Part shown: positions 59,145 through 64,000 of the stretch, one piece after another
Layout of the letters: each line of letters starts with the position of its first letter
Numbering within the stretch: position 1 is the stretch's first letter
IMG/VR virus record: IMGVR_UViG_3300035698_014689
Span: 30,887 to 94,886 of that record
Direction: 5' to 3' (one strand)
Origin: a virus
DNA: 64,000 nt
Position numbers and translations under genes: made by a program
The notes under the pieces: generated by a model
The model's database searches: none
The model's input: the letters and a program-made list of their open reading frames with translations, nothing else
What the model was told of the DNA's origin: nothing

Positions 59145-59366
59145 TTATGCTAAAATCATTCCCTCTTCAACAACAAAGTCATCTGGCATTGCCTCAAGTG
59201 CTTTAAGGTGTTTGCAACGTCTGTCTTCAGGCTTCACATTCTTCTGAAATCTCCATGCAGGGCAAGAGCAGTAAACAGGCTTTCTATCGTTCTTGGGAAC
59301 CACCAGTTCATAATCCCTTCCACTACTACTCACGAATCCAATCCTTCTTTGACTATCCCTTTCCAT
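59145..59366 (-). CDS. SWIM zinc-finger protein
   Basis: CSCPAWRFQ...CKHL. Confidence 0.75.
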   Translation of the reverse strand: MERDSQRRIGFVSSSGRDYELVVPKNDRKPVYCSCPAWRFQKNVKPEDRRCKHLKALEAMPDDFVVEEGMILA

Positions 59367-59400
59367 GCCAGTTTCCTCCTATTTAAAAACACTATTTTTC

Positions 59401-59739
59401 TCAGACATTGCAGGATTGCAGGTATGCCCTTTCTAATTTTCCCCTGTCGGAGACTGCTAGAATCTGTGACCAGTATTTCGTGATTTTCTTTTTCAAAAAC
59501 AGAATCTGCTTGGAAGAGAGATAACCACGATCCAAATACTGGGAAGCCAACGAAGATAAAAATTCAGCGTCGAAAGCTGTGAAACCCATTTCATTATGTT
59601 CAACAGTTGTCTCGGAGGTTTTCTCAACATCCGTCTGAAAAGAATATATCACCAGCAGAGCCCTCAGAGCCCACTTCTCATTTTCAGCCAGCATGTTCCT
59701 AACAAATCCCTTCAAAGCCTTTTTTGTGATCTTAGCCAT
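59401..59739 (-). CDS. Conserved phage hypothetical protein
   Basis: QT..EK....T.EHN..GF...DAEFL motif; strong RBS. Confidence 0.65.
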   Translation of the reverse strand: MAKITKKALKGFVRNMLAENEKWALRALLVIYSFQTDVEKTSETTVEHNEMGFTAFDAEFLSSLASQYLDRGYLSSKQILFLKKKITKYWSQILAVSDRGKLERAYLQSCNV

Positions 59740-59752
59740 AACCTATTTTCTC

Positions 59753-59902
59753 CTATTTAGTGACAACAACAAAAAGCCTGCCAGTCTCATGGGAAACAAC
59801 CATCAATGTACCTGTTCTTTCACTCAAAGTTTCAGTGACCTCAAGTCTTCCGTCTTTGAGTGCCTTTTCAAAATCTTCTTGGTTTTCAATTCTAATCCCC
59901 AT
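59753..59902 (-). CDS. 49-aa hypothetical early protein
   Basis: MGIRIENQEDFEKALKDG...; AGGAGG RBS; below the ORF-track cutoff. Confidence 0.55.
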   Translation of the reverse strand: MGIRIENQEDFEKALKDGRLEVTETLSERTGTLMVVSHETGRLFVVVTK

Positions 59903-59949
59903 TTCAATTTCCTCCTATTTAAAACACATTTCACATTCAACATGGATAG

Positions 59950-59978
59950 AACATACAGGCATGGACGTATATTACAAG
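59950..59978 (-). promoter_or_regulatory. Putative promoter
   Basis: CTTGTA-17 nt-TATGTT. Confidence 0.6.
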
Positions 59979-60088
59979 TACTTAAACAAAGAAAAATCGG
60001 AGTTTTTTTCAAGACTTGCTAAAACGGGTTGCAATGCTATCTTATTACTCGTTCGTGTATTAGAGAGAAGGGAAACAACAACGGAGGC

Positions 60089-60670
60089 ATGATGATGGAC
60101 TACTATCACAGCATCGGCAAAAACATCGGAGAAGGTTGGAATCTCGTGATTCTCGGGCTTCTAAAACAGTCGGCAGTATTGAAATTCAAAGGAGCGAGCA
60201 TACTCGACCTCGGCTGTGCGGAAGGGGGCTATTGCAAAGAGGCCCTTGAGAAAGGTGCGAAAACCGTCATCGGCTACGAGCAAAATCCAGTTATGATTGA
60301 TCGAATGAATGACTGGCTCCTCCGCAAAAGCAAAAGCAATAAGAGAAAAATGGACTTGCGACAAGAGAATCTCAATGATTCGAAGGTCAGAGAGTCTCTT
60401 CCTGATGCGGACATTGTTTTCTTTCTGAATCTGCATCACCATTTGGAAGCACCAATCGAGATGCTTGAGATTCTCTGCGACAAGTGCGAAGGTGTTCTCG
60501 TGACGAATGGTTATCAGATTGAATCACAAACCGCACCCGCTCCCACCAAAGGCCGTCAAAAGCTGGGAACGAATTACGTGATTGAGATTCTACATAACAA
60601 GGGACTTGATGTGATCAACCTTGGACAATACCGTGAAGGTCGTGACTTAATCGTCGGGTACAAGAAATAA
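60089..60670 (+). CDS. Class I SAM-dependent methyltransferase
   Basis: ILDLGCAEG (motif I) and DIVFFLNLHHHL; GGAGG RBS. Confidence 0.85.
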   Translation: MMMDYYHSIGKNIGEGWNLVILGLLKQSAVLKFKGASILDLGCAEGGYCKEALEKGAKTVIGYEQNPVMIDRMNDWLLRKSKSNKRKMDLRQENLNDSKVRESLPDADIVFFLNLHHHLEAPIEMLEILCDKCEGVLVTNGYQIESQTAPAPTKGRQKLGTNYVIEILHNKGLDVINLGQYREGRDLIVGYKK

Positions 60671-61299
60671 TGAGCTACTTCGTACTAGGTCTAACAAGTA
60701 CTGGTAAAAGCACCTTGGCAGAAAACATGTCGGGGTGCTTTTATTTTCCCTCCGAAATTTTATATCTGCTGACAACCAAACAAACAGAACTCTTTCCGCG
60801 CATCCTCCAGATCGTCACAGAAAAGCCCGAGAATTTTCGACCCTTGGCGTACTTCTGCAAAAGACCACTGAGGAAATACTTCAAAGAGCTCAGGAAACTG
60901 CCTGACCGCTCGGTGATCGAATGGGATAGGTTTCAGGAAATGCTGGACGAAATAAACAGTATGCTCTCCCCAGTGATACTAGAGGGCGAGATTCTATCAC
61001 ATGGGAAAATCTTCGCTACCATACAAAAGAGCGTCGAAAATAAATGCTTCCTGCTTGAGTTGCCTTTAGAAGTGATTTGGCAGAGATACCAAGAGCGCTA
61101 TCCTGCAATGGAAAAATATCCCAACTCCCACGAAATGACGTTGGCTAAAAACCACCTTGCGAATATCTGTCAGGAAAAGAACATTCCCAGCGGTGACTAT
61201 AAAAGAATCAAGTATCTGATCCAGTCATCCATAAACAAATTCACGAAACTGGAAACGGCCGCCACGAAGCTCCTTCAGGAATTACAAGAGTGCAATTGA
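60670..61299 (+). CDS. P-loop kinase-like protein
   Basis: N-terminal VLGLTSTGKST, VILEG and R...R lid; TAATG-coupled to the methyltransferase. Confidence 0.7.
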   Translation: MSYFVLGLTSTGKSTLAENMSGCFYFPSEILYLLTTKQTELFPRILQIVTEKPENFRPLAYFCKRPLRKYFKELRKLPDRSVIEWDRFQEMLDEINSMLSPVILEGEILSHGKIFATIQKSVENKCFLLELPLEVIWQRYQERYPAMEKYPNSHEMTLAKNHLANICQEKNIPSGDYKRIKYLIQSSINKFTKLETAATKLLQELQECN

Positions 61300-61341
61300 A
61301 TGCACGCTCTCTTCACACCCCCTCCACTAATATCGAAGCCC

Positions 61342-61733
61342 TTTTGTATATTAACAATTTTTTAAAAGACAAAGTACCAAAAAGAAAACATAAGTTTATT
61401 TCATAAACTTAACATTATATATATCTTTTCTTTCTTTAATATAATACTTATATATAATTAAGATACGCAGTTGTATGTTAATATACAAAACGGATTTTAC
61501 GTTTTTTAAGTCATAAGTCTTTGGTTTTTAAAGAATAAAAATGTTAACATACAAAATCAAAAGGTATGTTAATATACAAAATCGAAAATATGTTAATATA
61601 CAAAATGAAAAGTGCTGTTTTTCGGGTCATAAGTCTTTGGTAGTCAACAAAAATAGTATGTTAATATACAAAATGGCTGTTTTTTCCAAAACATACTAAT
61701 AAACACACTAATAAAGTATGTTAATATACAAAA
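61342..61733. repeat. Iteron-like repeat region; candidate replication origin
   Basis: TATGTTAATATACAAAA at 61474, 61541 (variant), 61565, 61589, 61657 and 61717; inverted copy at 61342; very AT-rich segment at 61380-61460. Confidence 0.75.
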
Positions 61734-61745
61734 TGAAAACGGCAT

Positions 61746-61776
61746 AAAAAAGGGCTCCCATATTTCAGGAAGCCCT
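61746..61776 (-). terminator. Intrinsic terminator
   Basis: AGGGCTTCC-8 nt-GGGAGCCCT followed by TTTTT. Confidence 0.75.
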
Positions 61777-61796
61777 ATATAACACTAGGTCTTTTT

Positions 61797-62036
61797 TTAT
61801 TCTGCGATCTTACCATCTTGCAGGTCTTTGAAATACTGATCGGCTTGTTCCTCAGTGTGATATTCCCCAGCATTCCAGCCTGCTTTCTCAGTGCAACAAA
61901 GAAACGAGAGTATGAGAAAAAGTAGAGCTGTGAGAAAAGCGATCCAACTGAGGATCAGTTTTATTTTTATCATCCTCTTCAAACGATTTAGTGCTACCTC
62001 GAATTCAGCACTGTGATTTGGCTTCTTGTCTGTCAT
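61797..62036 (-). CDS. Small membrane protein
   Basis: One TM helix; AGGAGG RBS. Confidence 0.6.
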   Translation of the reverse strand: MTDKKPNHSAEFEVALNRLKRMIKIKLILSWIAFLTALLFLILSFLCCTEKAGWNAGEYHTEEQADQYFKDLQDGKIAE

Positions 62037-62101
62037 ATTCCCTCCTATTTGAGATTTGACTACACTTTACAATTGCACTCGAACAGCTATTTGTCAAGTT
62101 T

Positions 62102-62548
62102 TTATTTAAAAAATTTGGGGGAGACGTGCATTGCTTTGGCTTTGGTTCGTATGGAAACATCAAAAAACTCACTCACGAGTATCTGTTTTATTGCGAGAAA
62201 ATTGCCAATGTGATCAAATCCCAATCTGTCGGATTCCTTCTTAATAGATAACAGAAAACGAAAGAGCATTTTCTTGTCGTTGTAAAACATTTCACTCTGA
62301 TACTTCTCGGTGTTAAAATTGATCAGGTAACTCAGGAACTCGTCTGCGAGCTTCTTTTTCCCCGAAACAATGATTTTATATTTGAACTTAATATAATCAG
62401 ACTTGGAATAATCATCATGGATGCGTCCTTTGACGATGTTTTGCGGAAAACAATTTTGCATAGCACAGACGAAATCGTACAGGCAATACGATTGATCCAA
62501 CCTGTACGACCACTTGAAATCAAACTCCGTTTGTAATTCACCTTTCAT
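62102..62548 (-). CDS. Hypothetical protein
   Basis: 148 aa; ATGA overlap. Confidence 0.55.
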   Translation of the reverse strand: MKGELQTEFDFKWSYRLDQSYCLYDFVCAMQNCFPQNIVKGRIHDDYSKSDYIKFKYKIIVSGKKKLADEFLSYLINFNTEKYQSEMFYNDKKMLFRFLLSIKKESDRLGFDHIGNFLAIKQILVSEFFDVSIRTKAKAMHVSPKFFK

Positions 62549-63012
62549 CTGAATTTCCCCCCATCTTTATTGCAGGTTGGACAGGCGCGCATGTGCATGA
62601 CCGCACACCAGCGATGACCGTCAGGACAGTCTATTGGAATAAACCCCCTCCTGTGGCTCCCAGCACATTCAGGACAGTCCTCTAAACGATAACCTCCGTC
62701 AAGGCAGGGGTATTTCTGTTCAACCTCACCTAAGACCACGGGACAATCAAGGTCTCCATACTTACACCCGTGCTCTTTAGAACAGTGGGCTATATGAACT
62801 CCTTGCTTGTCTGGGTGATCCACACACTTCGTCAAAGTCGCTTCCTTGATGACAGGCAAGTCAACATATTTCACATTCTCTTTGGCGAAGCACGAGGTGT
62901 ATCCCTTACTAAGCCTTTTGACTGGAACCCCGTCACTTCTGGCACTTCCCTTATAATCATGGTCGATCAACCCCAACTCATCTCCTCCGACAATTACTAG
63001 ATCACATTTCAT
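62545..63012 (-). CDS. Cys/His-rich hypothetical protein
   Basis: HC...HGCKYGD.DCPV and CxxC motifs. Confidence 0.55.
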   Translation of the reverse strand: MKCDLVIVGGDELGLIDHDYKGSARSDGVPVKRLSKGYTSCFAKENVKYVDLPVIKEATLTKCVDHPDKQGVHIAHCSKEHGCKYGDLDCPVVLGEVEQKYPCLDGGYRLEDCPECAGSHRRGFIPIDCPDGHRWCAVMHMRACPTCNKDGGKFR

Positions 63013-63377
63013 CTTTTCCTTCCCTTCTTTGTGAATGGATGCAGAATATCATTCCCGAAATTATACATGACCGCCCATATATCCATATATGCGTCATGCC
63101 TTACGTTGTCCTTGATAGAACTCTTAAAGTTGTCATATTGTAGGTCTTCAATCTTTCGTGCCATGACAACTTTGAAAACCTCCTCAGGGATCAATACACG
63201 ATACTTGTAATCAGACTTTTTCATTTCAGTCAGGTGAAAATTCAAAACACTCAGCTCTTCAGCCAATTTAATGACTTCAACAACATCCTCTTTGACTCTT
63301 CCTCTAATCAACAGCAAAGACTTCTTCTCACGATGCCTCACAACAGAGACAAATCCTTTTTCACTAAAAATCCACAT
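63009..63377 (-). CDS. Conserved phage hypothetical protein
   Basis: MWIF...GFVSVV...IRGR...DYKYR...YDNFK motif pattern. Confidence 0.65.
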   Translation of the reverse strand: MWIFSEKGFVSVVRHREKKSLLLIRGRVKEDVVEVIKLAEELSVLNFHLTEMKKSDYKYRVLIPEEVFKVVMARKIEDLQYDNFKSSIKDNVRHDAYMDIWAVMYNFGNDILHPFTKKGRKR

Positions 63378-63389
63378 TTCTCTTTTTCC

Positions 63390-63927
<538 letters not shown>

Positions 63928-64000
63928 TAAACCAACAAGTGAATGTGAATCTGAGCTACTGTTACCGTTTGCAATTTGAGCGACAGAACCTGAAAAGGCC

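Larger units (their letters stand above)
3498..61305. repeat. Dispersed 16-bp quasi-palindromic motif GTGCA-WTYRWG-TGCAC, 13 copies
   Basis: Copies start at 3498, 10751, 15773, 25685, 28046, 31153, 34207, 34998, 40957, 47628, 54615, 59127 and 61290. Confidence 0.8.

Noticed and set aside
42-59483. Numerous plus-strand ORFs of 60-222 aa
   Set aside because: They are antisense shadows of well-supported minus-strand genes, with no recognisable motifs.
3498-61305. 16-bp motif as a canonical parS, CRP/FNR box or restriction site
   Set aside because: It does not match parS (TGTTTCACGTGAAACA) or CRP (TGTGA-N6-TCACA). Restriction sites would be depleted rather than enriched and would not have a conserved spacer.
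61342-61733. CRISPR array or mini-array
   Set aside because: The repeats are only 15-17 bp, with irregular spacing (24-68 bp start to start), an inverted copy and partly repeated spacers. The Cas4-like gene is a stand-alone phage exonuclease 24 kb away.

Overview
This window is about 64 kb of a tailed dsDNA phage (siphovirus-like). Almost every gene is on the minus strand. In transcription order (right to left) it holds: small early genes, an AT-rich iterated origin candidate and a single plus-strand methyltransferase/kinase pair; a replication/recombination module (ATP-dependent ligase, MazG-like, DnaC, DnaB, primase, SSB, PolA, SF2 helicase, RecA, resolvase, Cas4-like nuclease, sulfotransferase); a sugar-modification cluster (two GT-B glycosyltransferases, perosamine-synthase-like aminotransferase, cupin/Gmd remnant) joined to ParB-TerS-TerL; and a PBSX-like head module and siphoviral tail module ending in the start of the tape measure gene. 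Highlights: (1) a 987-aa GT9-GT4-GT9 glycosyltransferase between the major capsid and head-tail adaptor genes, suggesting virion glycosylation; (2) the packaging-linked amino-sugar/GT cluster, suggesting DNA or virion glycosylation; (3) 13 copies of a 16-bp quasi-palindrome (GTGCA-WTYRWG-TGCAC) spread along the whole window; (4) six inteins in five genes, carrying three endonuclease families; (5) two free-standing homing endonucleases that appear to have duplicated the 5' end of the gene they invaded; (6) a (CT)19 microsatellite that sets the reading frame of a small gene. Five single-base frameshifts fall in homopolymer runs and are probably sequencing errors. All family assignments come from motif recognition by eye, not from database searches.
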